From an uncultured Candidatus Rokubacteria bacterium (GTDB lineage Bacteria; Methylomirabilota; Methylomirabilia; Rokubacteriales; CSP1-6), in contig CAVVEU010000011.1 in NCBI GenBank assembly GCA_963747235.1, positions 18,513-82,512 on the forward strand: 64,000 bases of DNA, read 5' to 3'. The notes under the pieces are model-generated. The model did no database searches and was not told the DNA's origin. It was given only the letters and a program-made list of their open reading frames with translations. Below are positions 1 through 9,763 of the stretch, piece after piece. Made by a program: the position numbers and the translations under genes. The stretch's first letter is position 1; every line of letters begins with the position of its first letter.

Positions 1-1094
1 TCGATCTCGTGGCTCGCGGCGTCCACCGCGCGGGCCTGGGCGCCCGGCCATTCGCCGCCGGCCAGCACCCGGGCGAGATGGCGCGCGGTCTCCGTGGCGT
101 CGCCGCGGGCCTCGACGACCACGCGCCGCCGGAAGCCCGTCTCCTCGCTCACCTCGACCTGGATCGTCGCGGCGCGGCCGCGCAGGACCAGGCGCGAGGT
201 GTCGCCGCCGCCGGGCGGGGAGGAGACGTCCCAGCGCGTGGCGGCGCGCGCGGTCACGCCGCGGAGCCGGTAGGCGAGCTCCGCGTTGCAGAAGACGCGC
301 AGCGCGTCGCCCTCCACCGCGTCGCGCAGCTCGGGCGGCACGCCGGGCGCGCCGGTGATGCGCGTGAAGACGTCCACCGGGACCCGCGTGGACCAGCCGC
401 GCGCGGTGAGGAGCGTCGGCGCGTCGTCCGGCGCGGCGTCGGTGTCGAGCAGCCACTGGGCCTGATCCACCTGGTGGGTGGGGATGTCCACCGCGCCGCT
501 GCCCTGGACGCGCGCGTCGAAGAACCACCACGGACGGCGGAGCGGCGCGCCGTCCACGCGCTTCTCGAAGTGGTGGACGCTCTCCTGCTCGATGGCGGGC
601 CTCGCGGTGTCGGTCGCGAAGCCGCCGAATACGTCCGGGTCGTCCACCAGCCGCTTGACGAGGCGCCCGATCGTGTCGCGCCGGCCGGTCATCATCTCGC
701 GCGCGATCGGGCCGCCGGCCAGGCTCGCCTGGATCTCGGCGAGGTCCGCCGGCTCCACCAGCCAGGGCTTGTCGGCCAGCACGTGGAGGCCGGAGGCGTG
801 GAGGCGGCGCATCACCCGGGCCTTGCCGCCGTTCTTGCCGGCCAGCACCACCACGTCGCCCGGTCGCTCGGCGAGGAGCTGGTCGAGGGGATCGGCGGAG
901 AGCCGCACGCGGGGCCGCCAGGCGGTGGGGCGCTCCGCGCGGGTGTTGAAGCGCTCGACCAGCGCCAGGAAGGCGTCCAGCTCCGGCCCCGCGGTCGCGT
1001 AGACGAAGATTTCCGGCGAGACGGCGGCGTGCGCGGCTCGCAGGGTGAGCGTCGCGTGGAAGTGGCCGGGCTCGAGGAAGGTGAGGGTGTGCAC
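1..1094 (-). CDS. Putative oxidoreductase (Gfo/Idh/MocA-related, oxidoreductase C-terminal domain family); runs off the window edge
   Basis: Not in the ORF track. Manual minus-strand translation from GTG at 1094: MHTLTFLEPGHFHATLTL...VVVLAGKN...LHVLADKPW...ESVHHFEKRVDGAPLRRPWWFFD. The PGHFHA and ADKPW motifs fit this family. Confidence 0.75.
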   Translation of the reverse strand, partial: MHTLTFLEPGHFHATLTLRAAHAAVSPEIFVYATAGPELDAFLALVERFNTRAERPTAWRPRVRLSADPLDQLLAERPGDVVVLAGKNGGKARVMRRLHASGLHVLADKPWLVEPADLAEIQASLAGGPIAREMMTGRRDTIGRLVKRLVDDPDVFGGFATDTARPAIEQESVHHFEKRVDGAPLRRPWWFFDARVQGSGAVDIPTHQVDQAQWLLDTDAAPDDAPTLLTARGWSTRVPVDVFTRITGAPGVPPELRDAVEGDALRVFCNAELAYRLRGVTARAATRWDVSSPPGGGDTSRLVLRGRAATIQVEVSEETGFRRRVVVEARGDATETARHLARVLAGGEWPGAQARAVDAASHEI

Positions 1095-1168
1095 GGCAGC
1101 GAAGCTAGAGCCTAGCACATTGCCCTCCCGCGCCCGGGGCGCGTCGAGTACTATGGCCGTGCTCTCCG

Positions 1169-1936
1169 ATGACCGGCACCGGACGCGCGCTCGCCCGATA
1201 CCTCCCCGCCGCCGCGCTCTTCGTCGCGCTCATCGTGGCCTGGCAGCTCGCGGTGACGGTGCTGCGGGTGCGCGAGTACCTGCTGCCCGCGCCGCTGACG
1301 GTGGCGCGCGCGATGCTGGGCGACGAGATCCCGTGGCTGCGGCATCTCGGCATCACGTCGCTCGAGATCGTGGGCGCCTTCGCGCTGGCCGGCGCGGCGG
1401 GAGTCGCGCTCGGGGTGGTGGTCGCGTGGTCGCCGCTGCTCGCGCGGGCGCTGCTGCCCTTCCTGGTCTTCGTCAACACGCTCCCGAAGGTGGCGGTGGC
1501 GCCGCTCTTCCTGCTCTGGATGGGCTACGGCGTGCTGCCCAACATGCTGATCGGCGCGCTGATCGGGTTCTTTCCCGTCGTCATCAACACCGCGATGGGC
1601 CTGACCCAGGTGGACGAGGAGCTGCTGGATCTGGGGCGCGTCTTCAACGCGCCCAAGTGGAAAGTGTTCGCCAAGATCCGGATCCCCAACGCCTATCCAT
1701 ATATCCTGAGCGCGCTCAAGATCACCGCGACCGCGGCGGTGGTGGGCGCCATCGTCGGGGAGTTCGTCGCCTCGCAGCAGGGGCTCGGCTACGTGATCGT
1801 CACCACGCAGGGCAGCATGAACACGCCGGTGGCCTTCGCCGCGCTCGTCTGGATCTCGCTGGTCGGCCTGGCGGTGTACGGGCTGGTGGTGCTGGCCGCG
1901 CGGCAGATCGCGCCGTGGGCAGAAACCGTGGAGTAA
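1169..1936 (+). CDS. ABC transporter permease, NitT/TauT family
   Basis: Hydrophobic 255-aa ORF with LPKVAVAPLF, FFPVVINT and GAIVGEFV motifs. Confidence 0.9.
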   Translation: MTGTGRALARYLPAAALFVALIVAWQLAVTVLRVREYLLPAPLTVARAMLGDEIPWLRHLGITSLEIVGAFALAGAAGVALGVVVAWSPLLARALLPFLVFVNTLPKVAVAPLFLLWMGYGVLPNMLIGALIGFFPVVINTAMGLTQVDEELLDLGRVFNAPKWKVFAKIRIPNAYPYILSALKITATAAVVGAIVGEFVASQQGLGYVIVTTQGSMNTPVAFAALVWISLVGLAVYGLVVLAARQIAPWAETVE

Positions 1937-1956
1937 GGAGCAAAGGAGGACATTCC

Positions 1957-2990
1957 ATGCGACGTTTCTCGATGCTCGTCCCGCTCTCTCTCGTGCTCGC
2001 CATCGTCGGGCTCGTGGTGGCGCTCGGTCCCGACACGCCGTCGGCCCAGCAGCCGACGCAGAAGGTGGTCTTCGCGCTCAACTGGTTCCCGGTGGGCGAC
2101 CACGCGGCGTACTGGGTGGCGCTGGAGAAGGGCTACTATCGGCAGCGCGGCCTCGACGTGGACATGCAGAACTCCAAGGGCTCGGGCGATTCCATCGCCA
2201 AGGTGGACACCGGGCGCGCCGACGTCGGCCTGGCCGACAGCGCGGTGGTCATCGCCTCCGCGGCTCGGGGCACGAAGGTGAAGGTGGTCGGCATGGTCTT
2301 CGACAAGAGCCCGCTCAACATCTGGAGCCGCAAGGACGCGCCGATCACGAAGCCGAAGGACCTCGAGGGCAAGAGCGTGGCCGCGCCGCCCGGGTGACGG
2401 GCAGCGGCAGATGTTCCCCGCCTTCGCGCGCCTGAACGGCATCGACGCAGAGCAAGGTCACGTGGGTGAACGTGGAGCCGGCGGCCAAGGTGCCCGCGCT
2501 GGCCGAGAAGCGCGTGGACGCGGTGGCCGACTACACCACCGGCCTGCCGTTCTACGAGAAGGCCATCGGCAAGGGCAACGCGGTCATGCTGCCGTGGGCC
2601 GACCACGGCTTCGACATGTACAGCATGTCCATCATCGCGAGCGAGAAGACGATGAAGGAGCGCGGGCCGGTGCTGAAGGCGTTCCTCGAGGCGTCGTACC
2701 TGGGCTGGCGCGACGTGATGGCCGATCCCAAGTCCGCGCTCGAGATCTTCAAGAAGCGGGTGCCCGAGATCGACCTCTCGATCATCGAGCCCAACATGAT
2801 GATGGGCCTCGAGCTGATGAAGACCGACCGCTACGCGAAGAACGGGATCGGCTGGATGGAAGAGAAGAAGATGTGCGACTCGGTGGACCTGGTCAACACC
2901 TACATGGGCGTGCCGACCAAGGTCGAGTGCAAGGCGGTCTACACCAACGAGTTCCTCACCAAGGTGGAGCTGCCCCGGTCCGCGCGCTGA
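1957..2990 (+). CDS. ABC transporter substrate-binding protein, NMT1/THI5-like (frameshifted near 2395 and 2450)
   Basis: GGAGG RBS and signal peptide; LNWFPVGDHAAYWVALEKGYY and PKDLEGK motifs; continues in ORFs 2411 and 2466-2990. Confidence 0.88.
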
Positions 2991-3000
2991 ACGTCGTCGC

Positions 3001-3766
3001 GTGACCGATCTCATCCGCCTCGACCGTGTGGGGATGACCTACACGACGGCGTCCGGCACGGTCGAGGCGCTGCGGGATATCGATCTGGTGGTCGGGCGCG
3101 GGGAGCTGGTGGCCATCGTGGGCCCGTCGGGCTGCGGCAAGTCCACGCTCCTGCGCGTCATCGCGGGGCTGCGGCCGCCGAGCCGCGGCCGGGTCGAGGT
3201 GGACGGGCGCCCGGTGACGGGGCCGCTGCCGTCGGTGGGCATGGTCTTCCAGGCGCCGGTGCTGCTCAAGTGGCGCACCATCGAGTCCAACGTGCTGCTG
3301 CCCGCCGAGCTCTCCGGCCTCGATCCGCGCCGCCTACCGGAGCCGCGCGGCGGAGCTGCTGCGCCTGGTCGGCCTCGCCGAGTTCGCGGGGAAGCTGCCG
3401 CGCGAGCTGTCGGGGGGCATGCAGCAGCGCGCCTCGCTCTGCCGCGCGCTGCTGCTCGACCCGCCGCTGCTGCTGATGGACGAGCCGTTCGGCGCGCTCG
3501 ACGCGATGACGCGGGACGAGATGAATCTCGAGCTGCTGCGCGTCTGGGGCGAGGGCAGCCGCGAGCGCAAGACCATCGTGTTCGTCACGCACTCGATCCC
3601 GGAGGCGGTCTTCCTGGCGGATCGCGTGGTGGTGATGACCCCGCGCCCGGGCCGGCTCGCGCGCGTCTTCGACGTGCCCCTATCGCGCCCGCGCACGGTG
3701 GCGTCGCGCGCCGGCGCCGACTTCGGCGCGCTGACGCTCGCGGTGCACGAAGCGCTGGGCGCTTAG
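3001..3766 (+). CDS. ABC transporter ATP-binding protein (frameshift near 3335)
   Basis: Walker [10 protein letters not shown]; signature LSGGMQQR, Walker [12 protein letters not shown] and VTH lie in the second frame. Confidence 0.92.
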
Positions 3767-3769
3767 GCT

Positions 3770-3853
3770 GGGGTCAGGTCTTGAATTCCTACATTTTGTG
3801 GCGCATGCGACGCTGAGCTCTGACCAAAATGTCGGAATGCAAGACCTGACCCC
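3770..3853. mobile_element. 84-bp non-autonomous MITE/REPIN-like element with 29-bp terminal inverted repeats
   Basis: Left arm GGGGTCAGGTCTTGAATTCCTACATTTTG versus reverse complement of right arm GGGGTCAGGTCTTGCATTCCGACATTTTG (27/29 identical). AT-richer than the flanks; lies between convergent genes. Confidence 0.65.
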
Positions 3854-3855
3854 AT

Positions 3856-4624
3856 TCAAGACGCGAGGGTGCCGCCGTCGACCGCGAGGATGTGGCCGGT
3901 GACCATGGCGGAGGCGGCGGAGGCGAGGTAGAGGGCGGCGCCGATCAGCTCGTCGGGCTTGCCCATGCGGCCCATGGGGACGCGGCGCATCGCGCGCTCG
4001 GCGTAGTTGGGCTCGCGGTGGATCAGGTCGCCGATGTTGGACTCGAAACCACGAGGGCGCGATCGCGTTGACGCGCACGTTCTGGGGCGCCCACTCCACC
4101 GCGAGGGCCCGCGTCAGCATCACCACGCCGCCCTTGCTCGCCGCGTAGGCCACGGTGCCGGTCAGGCCGATCTCGCCCGCGATGGACGCGATGTTGACGA
4201 TGGACCCGCGCTTGCGCGCGAGCATGCGCTGCCCCACGACCTGGCAGCCCCAGAACACGCCGCTCAGGTTGACCGCGAGCACGCGATGCCACTCGGCCTC
4301 GGGGAACGCGGCGGCGGGGCTGCGGTGCGTGATGCCCGCGCTGTTGACGAGCACGTCGATGGCGCCGAGCCGGTCCTCCGCCTCCGCCGCCATGCGCTCC
4401 ACGCTCGCCCGGTCGGCGACGTCCACCGCCACCGCCAGCGCGCGGCCCCCGTTCTTCGCGATCCCGTCGGCCACCACCTTGGCCTGGCCCGCGTTGAAAT
4501 CCGCCACCGCGACCGCGGCGCCCGCCTCGGCCAGCCCGCGGGCCATGGCCGCGCCGAGCCCGCCCGCGCCGCCCACCACCACCGCGGTCTGCCCGTCCAG
4601 CCGGAAGAGATCGAGGCTCGTCAT
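3856..4624 (-). CDS. SDR family oxidoreductase (KduD/gluconate 5-dehydrogenase-like; frameshift near 4045)
   Basis: MTSLDLFRLDGQTAVVVGGAGGLG, NSAGI, YAASKGG, VRVNAIAP; ends VDGGTLAS*. Confidence 0.9.
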
Positions 4625-5088
4625 GCCCGGCGCGCCGGCTGGATGAGCTCCAGCGTGATGTCGTCGGGATCGAAGAAGTAGACGCCCTTGGCGCCCGCGT
4701 TGCGCCCGTGGGTGATGTCCACCGGGGCCGACTTGAAGCGCACGCCCTTGCCCTTGAGGTCGGCGTAGGTGGCGTCGAGGTCCTCCACCATGAAGGCCAC
4801 GTGGCCGTTGCCGGGAATGTAGGTATTCGCGTCGCCCCGGCTCCCGCGCGGCCGGCGGTACTCGAGCAGCTCGATGTGATGCCCCGGCGCCGCGTCCGGC
4901 CCCGCGGGCAGGCGCAGCAGCGCGATGCGCAGCTCCGCGTCCGGGTAGCCGACCACCGCGCGCAGGTACGGCTGGCTGCTGTCCCACTGCGTGATCAGCT
5001 CGAGGCCCAGCAGGTCGCGGTAGAACGCGACCGACCGGTCCAGATCGCTGACGGTGAGGCCGGTGTGCAGGATCGCGCTGACGCCCAT
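4621..5088 (-). CDS. VOC/glyoxalase family protein
   Basis: HTGLTVSDLDRSVAFYRDLLG, IELLEY, HVAF and FFDPDDITLELIQ motifs. Confidence 0.9.
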   Translation of the reverse strand: MGVSAILHTGLTVSDLDRSVAFYRDLLGLELITQWDSSQPYLRAVVGYPDAELRIALLRLPAGPDAAPGHHIELLEYRRPRGSRGDANTYIPGNGHVAFMVEDLDATYADLKGKGVRFKSAPVDITHGRNAGAKGVYFFDPDDITLELIQPARRA

Positions 5089-5131
5089 GGTCGGTTTCCT
5101 CCGGCCGACAGTCTAGGGGGGCACGCGGCGG

Positions 5132-5160
5132 TTGACAAGGCGCAGCAGTCATCGCAGAGT
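5132..5160 (+). promoter_or_regulatory. Candidate sigma70 promoter of the peptide ABC operon
   Basis: TTGACA-N17-CAGAGT upstream of the GGAGG RBS and ATG at 5204. Confidence 0.45.
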
Positions 5161-5203
5161 CTTGGCACCCAAGACCACCCGCTTGCTCCGTGGAGGTGCT
5201 GGA

Positions 5204-6772
5204 ATGGCGCGTCGAACGATCTCGCTCCGGCTGCTGACCGCGCTCGTGATGAGCGCGCTGCTCACGTTCGCGGCAGCGCCCGCCGACGCGCAGAAGAAGG
5301 GCGGCGTGCTCCGGGTCGGCAATCTCGGCGAGCCGCCCGCGCTGGACGCGCACTGGACCACCGCGAGCATCACCGAGACGCTCACCAACCACATCTACGA
5401 GGGGCTCTACAGCCTCGACCGCGACAAGAAGCCGATCCCGATGCTCGCGGAGAGCCACACCGTCAGCAAGGACGGGCTCACCTACACCTTCAAGCTCCGC
5501 CAGGGCGTGAAGTTCCACAACGGCAAGGAGATGTCCTCCGAGGACGTGGTGGCCTCGCTCAACCGCTGGGGCAAGCAGTCGAACTACGGCAAGTCGCTCT
5601 TCGCCCAGGTCGCCGAGCTGCGGGCGGTGGACCGGTACACCGTGGAGATGAAGCTGAAGGAGAAGTCGGCGATCGTGCTCATCTCGCTCGCGGTCCCGAA
5701 CAACTTCGGCGCGATCTATCCCAAGGAGATCGCCGAGAAGTTCGCGCCGGAGGTGAAGGTGACCGAGTACGTGGGCACCGGCCCCTTCAAGCTCGCGGAG
5801 TGGAAGCCCGACCAGTACATCCGCATGGTGCGCTTCGACGACTACAAGTCGCGCAGCGAGAAGCCGAACGGCTACGGCGGCGGCAAGACCGCGTGGGTGG
5901 ACGAGATCCGCTGGGTGCCGGTGCCCGAGGTGGCGACGCGCGTGGCCCAGGTGGAGACCGGCGAGCTCGACTTCGCCGACGATCTGAACCTCGACGCCTA
6001 CGACCGGCTCAAGAGCAATCGCCGACGCCCGCCCCATCGTCTCGAAGCCGTACTACTGGCTCGTGGCCGTCTTCAACAAGAAGGAAGGGCTGATGACGAA
6101 CCAGAAGCTGCGTCAGGCCTGGCAGGCCGCCATCGACATCGAGCCCATCATGAAGAACGTGGCGGGCGGCAAGAAGGAGTTCTACCGGATGGACAGCAGC
6201 CTCGCCCCGGTGGAGATCACCGCCTGGCACACCAAGCTCGCCGGGCCTGCCCTGGAACGAGCACAACCGGGACAAGGCCAAGCGGCTCCTGCAGGAGGCG
6301 GGCTACAAGAAGGAGCCGATCCGCTTCATGACCACCCAGGAGTACAAGTGGATGTACGACTTCGCGCTGCTCAGCAAGCAGCAGCTCGAGGACGTGGGCT
6401 TCAACATCGACCTGCAGGTGGTGGACTGGGCCACCCTCGTCAAGCGGCGCAACAATTCCAAGGAGTACGACGTCTTCACCACCGGGATGGGCGCCTTCTA
6501 CGACCCGACGCCATCACATCTATCTGACCTCGAGCTGGCCCGGCTGGACGAGTGACGAGGGCATCCTGAAGCTGCAGGCGGAGCTGGCCCGCGAGACCGA
6601 TCCCAAGAAGCGGATGGCGCTCTGGGAGCAGCAGACGCGCCAGTTCTACGAGAAGGTGCCGGTGATCCGCTACGGCGACCTGTTCGGCCTGCGCGCGGCG
6701 CGCAACACGCTGAAGGGCTTCGACGAGTCGACCGAGCGCATCCGCTTCTACAACGTCTGGCTCGAGAAATAG
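5204..6772 (+). CDS. ABC transporter substrate-binding protein, family 5 (DppA/OppA-like; several frameshifts)
   Basis: IYEGL, YTFKLRQGVKFHNG and GTGPFKL motifs; continues through ORFs 6063 and 6328 to ...FYNVWLEK*. Confidence 0.9.
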
Positions 6773-6818
6773 CCACCCGGTGCGACGGGGTGGACGGCGA
6801 GATCGGCGCGACAAGACC

Positions 6819-6875
6819 CTGCAGCACGGCGACGGCGTGATCAAGTTCCGCAAGGTCGCGGTCAAGCCGCTGTAA
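6819..6875 (+). pseudogene. Remnant of the C-terminus of a DUF1080 (3-keto-disaccharide hydrolase-like) gene
   Basis: Intergenic frame reads LQHGDGVIKFRKVAVKPL*, matching the LQxxxxxIKFRxxxIxxL end of DUF1080 proteins; no N-terminal part is present. Confidence 0.5.
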
Positions 6876-6958
6876 TTGGACGATCGGTGGCCGCGCACCG
6901 CGGGGGCGCTTGATTGTTGAGGGGGTCGCCCGTCCGCGGCGCGGCCTGACCTGCCCGC

Positions 6959-7903
6959 TTGTTTGCGTATCTAGTCCGGCGCCTCCTCGCCGTCATCCCG
7001 GTGATGGCGGTGGTGGTGACGGTCGTGTTCCTGCTCATCCACCTGATCCCCGGGGATCCGGTGAGCGTGATGCTGGGGCCCGACGCGACCCCGACCCAGA
7101 TCGACGCGACGCGCCGGTCGCTCGGGCTCGACCGGCCGGTGCACGAGCAGCTCCTGGGCTTCTACGCCCGGGTGCTGCGCGGCGACCTCGGCCAGTCCTA
7201 TTTCCTGGACCGGCCGGTGGTGACCGCGATCGTCGAGCGCGCCGAGCCCACGCTGATGCTGATGGCCTGCGCCCTGCTGGTGGCGGTGGTCATCGGCGTG
7301 CCCTCGGGCATCGTGGCCGCCGCCCACCGCGGCTCGATCTGGGACCGCACGCTCATGCTGGGCTCGCTCCTCGGCGTGTGCGTGCCCGGCTTCTGGCTGA
7401 GCCTCAACTTCATCTATCTCTTCGCGGTGCGCCTCGGGTGGCTGCCCGCCGCGGGCTACGCCTCGGTCTTCTCCGAGCCGGTGAGCGCGCTGCGCTACAT
7501 GGTGCTGCCCGCGGTCTCGCTCGGCTTCAACCAGTCGGCCCTGATCGCGCGCATCAGCCGCTCCTGCATGCTGGACGCGCTCCAGCAGGACTACGTGCGC
7601 ACCGCGCGCGCCAAGGGCCTGCCCAATCGCGCGGTCACCTACGTGCACGCCTTCCGCAACGCGCTGGTGCCGGTGGTGACCGTGATCGGGGTGACCACCG
7701 CGGTGCTCATCGGGGGCGCGGTGGTGACCGAGATCGTGTTCAACATCCCGGGGCTGGGCCGGCTCGTCATCTCCGCGATCCTGCGCCGGGACTACCCGGT
7801 GGTGCAGGGGGTCGTGCTGGTGACCGCGGCGACCTACGTGCTCATCAACCTGCTCGTGGACGTGCTCTACGCCTTCATCGACCCCCGGATCCGCTATGAC
7901 TGA
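6959..7903 (+). CDS. Peptide/nickel ABC permease (DppB-like)
   Basis: PGDP, GDLGQS, DYVRTARAKGL and RDYPVVQG motifs. Confidence 0.92.
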   Translation: MFAYLVRRLLAVIPVMAVVVTVVFLLIHLIPGDPVSVMLGPDATPTQIDATRRSLGLDRPVHEQLLGFYARVLRGDLGQSYFLDRPVVTAIVERAEPTLMLMACALLVAVVIGVPSGIVAAAHRGSIWDRTLMLGSLLGVCVPGFWLSLNFIYLFAVRLGWLPAAGYASVFSEPVSALRYMVLPAVSLGFNQSALIARISRSCMLDALQQDYVRTARAKGLPNRAVTYVHAFRNALVPVVTVIGVTTAVLIGGAVVTEIVFNIPGLGRLVISAILRRDYPVVQGVVLVTAATYVLINLLVDVLYAFIDPRIRYD

Positions 7904-8747
7904 GCCCCTCACCGAGCGGCAGCGCTGGGTGCGCCGGCTCGCCCGGAACGGCGGCGTGGTGACCGGCGCCGCGATCCTGCTCCTGCTGGTGGCGGCCGCG
8001 CTGCTGGCCGACGCGGTGTCCACCCACAACCCCACCCGGCTCACGCCCGCCAACCGGCTCCGGCCGCCGAGCGCGCAGCACTACCTCGGCACCGACGAGT
8101 TCGGGCGCGACGTGTACAGCCTGGTGCTGCACGGCAGCCGGGTCTCCCTGCTGGTCGGGCTCACCACCATGCTGCTGACCTCGGCGGGGGGCATCGTCAT
8201 CGGGCTCGCCGCGGGCTTCTCGCGCCGTCTCGACGTGCCGGTGATGCGCTGCATGGACGGCTTGATGGCCTTCCCGGCGATCCTGCTCGCCATCGCGCTG
8301 ATGGCCGCGCGCGGCCCCGGCGTCTGGAACGTGATCCTCGCGCTCTCGGTGGTCTACATGCCGCGCACCGCGATGATCATCCGCAGCACGGTGCTGAGCC
8401 TGCGCGAGCTGGACTACATCCAGGCCGCGCGCGCCCTCGGCCGGCGGGACAGCGCGATCGCGCTGCGCCACATCCTGCCCAACTGCGTGGGCCCGCTGCT
8501 CGTGCAGGGCAGCTTCGTGTTCGCGTACGCGATCCTCGCCGAGGCGATCCTGGGCTTCCTCGGCGTGGGCGTGCCGCCCTACGTGCCGTCGTGGGGCAAC
8601 GTGATCGCGAGCGGCAAGAACGTCATCCGCGAGGCGTTCTGGGTGAGCCTCTTCCCCGGCCTCGCGCTGACGATCGCCGGGCTGAGCCTCAACCTGCTCG
8701 GCGACGGATTGCGAGACGTGCTGGACCCGCGGCTCCGAGTGCGCTAA
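7896..8747 (+). CDS. Peptide/nickel ABC permease (DppC-like)
   Basis: HYLGTDEFGRD, RHILPN, PSWG and GDGLRDVLDPR motifs. Confidence 0.92.
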   Translation: MTEPLTERQRWVRRLARNGGVVTGAAILLLLVAAALLADAVSTHNPTRLTPANRLRPPSAQHYLGTDEFGRDVYSLVLHGSRVSLLVGLTTMLLTSAGGIVIGLAAGFSRRLDVPVMRCMDGLMAFPAILLAIALMAARGPGVWNVILALSVVYMPRTAMIIRSTVLSLRELDYIQAARALGRRDSAIALRHILPNCVGPLLVQGSFVFAYAILAEAILGFLGVGVPPYVPSWGNVIASGKNVIREAFWVSLFPGLALTIAGLSLNLLGDGLRDVLDPRLRVR

Positions 8748-8805
8748 GAAGGAGGACGGTGCAGGGCAACCGCGGTGCGTCATCACCGCAGGAGGAAGGG
8801 TAGAT

Positions 8806-9276
8806 ATGGGAGCGATGGATTCGAGACAGCCGTCCCTGCTGGACGCGACAGCTCCCACGCGCCCGGCGCGCTCCCGCTCGGCCTCTTCGCTGCCGCTCCG
8901 GTCGCGGCGTCGCGCGGTGGAGATCATCCGGCACGCGGGCGGGCCGATCGAGGTGAAGATTTCCGGTCTCGTGGACGCGGCCGAGCGGCGGATCCGCCAG
9001 TGGCAGGGCGTGGCCGCCTTCCTGTTCATCCTCATGGTGGTGGGCGCGGCCCTCGCGGTGGTGGTGGTGGCGGTGCGCTGGGACGCCGAGCGCAGCCGCA
9101 CCGTGCGGGTGCTCCGGGCCGATCTGCAGATGGCGCAGGCCCGCGAGCGCTGCTGGGAGGCCCTCGCGCGCTTCACGCCGCGCACCACCGACGACGTGGT
9201 CGCGCCCGGCAAGCGCGACGCCTGGGTGGCGCGCTGCCTCAACACCGAGCTCACCCGCGTCAACGCCAAGCGCTAG
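8806..9276 (+). CDS. Hypothetical single-pass membrane protein
   Basis: GGAGG upstream, one hydrophobic segment, two Cys in the C-terminal part, GC3-biased codons. Confidence 0.65.
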   Translation: MGAMDSRQPSLLDATAPTRPARSRSASSLPLRSRRRAVEIIRHAGGPIEVKISGLVDAAERRIRQWQGVAAFLFILMVVGAALAVVVVAVRWDAERSRTVRVLRADLQMAQARERCWEALARFTPRTTDDVVAPGKRDAWVARCLNTELTRVNAKR

Positions 9277-9287
9277 GAGCGACCGTC

Positions 9288-9707
9288 ATGCAAGAGCACC
9301 AGTCAATGGAAGCGGTGCACGCCGACGATCGGGAGTGGGAGACCCTGCGCTGGCCGGGCCAGTGGAGCAAGATGCTCTTCCATCCCCGGGCCGACCGCCC
9401 GACCGAGCCCAACGCGGGTCTGGTGCGCTACGAGCCGGGCTCGCACCATCCCTTCCACAAGCACGACTTCGCCCAGGTCTGGTACATCCTCGAGGGCGAG
9501 TTCCGGATCGGCGACGCGGTCTACACGCCGGGGACGATGCTCTTCTACCCCGACCCGCACTTCGAGGAGGCGCTCTCCACCAAGACGGGCGGGCTCATGC
9601 TCTTCGTGCAGTACCAGGGGCCGACCACGGGCGGGCAGCCGGTCTACGACGGGCGCTTCAACATGAAGGCCCGCAAGGCGATCGCCGAGGAGAACGTCGA
9701 GCGGTAG
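9288..9707 (+). CDS. Cupin domain protein (ChrR-like)
   Basis: AGGAG RBS; LVRYEPGSHHPFHKHDFAQVWYILEGEF cupin motif. Confidence 0.8.
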   Translation: MQEHQSMEAVHADDREWETLRWPGQWSKMLFHPRADRPTEPNAGLVRYEPGSHHPFHKHDFAQVWYILEGEFRIGDAVYTPGTMLFYPDPHFEEALSTKTGGLMLFVQYQGPTTGGQPVYDGRFNMKARKAIAEENVER

Positions 9708-9713
9708 GCCAAG

Positions 9714-9749
9714 CCCCCTCACCCTGCCCTCTCCCCTGAGGGGAGAGGG
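9714..9749. repeat. REP-like palindrome, copy 1
   Basis: CCCCCTCACCCTGCCCTCTCCCC-TGA-GGGGAGAGGG between convergent genes. Confidence 0.75.
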
Positions 9750-9763
9750 TTAGAGGAGGAGGG

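Noticed and set aside
9-1115. Plus-strand 368-aa ORF
   Set aside because: Antisense shadow of the minus-strand oxidoreductase that runs off the window edge
2390-2400. In-frame TGA in the NMT1-like binding protein as possible selenocysteine or readthrough
   Set aside because: Removing one G restores PPGDGQRQMFP, so this is a frameshift and not recoding
3680-6037. Long 785-aa minus-strand ORF and similar long shadow ORFs (20060-22636, 33024-35321, 55928-58066, 62694-63959)
   Set aside because: Antisense or alternative frames of real genes, expected at very high GC; only the embedded SDR segment of the first is real
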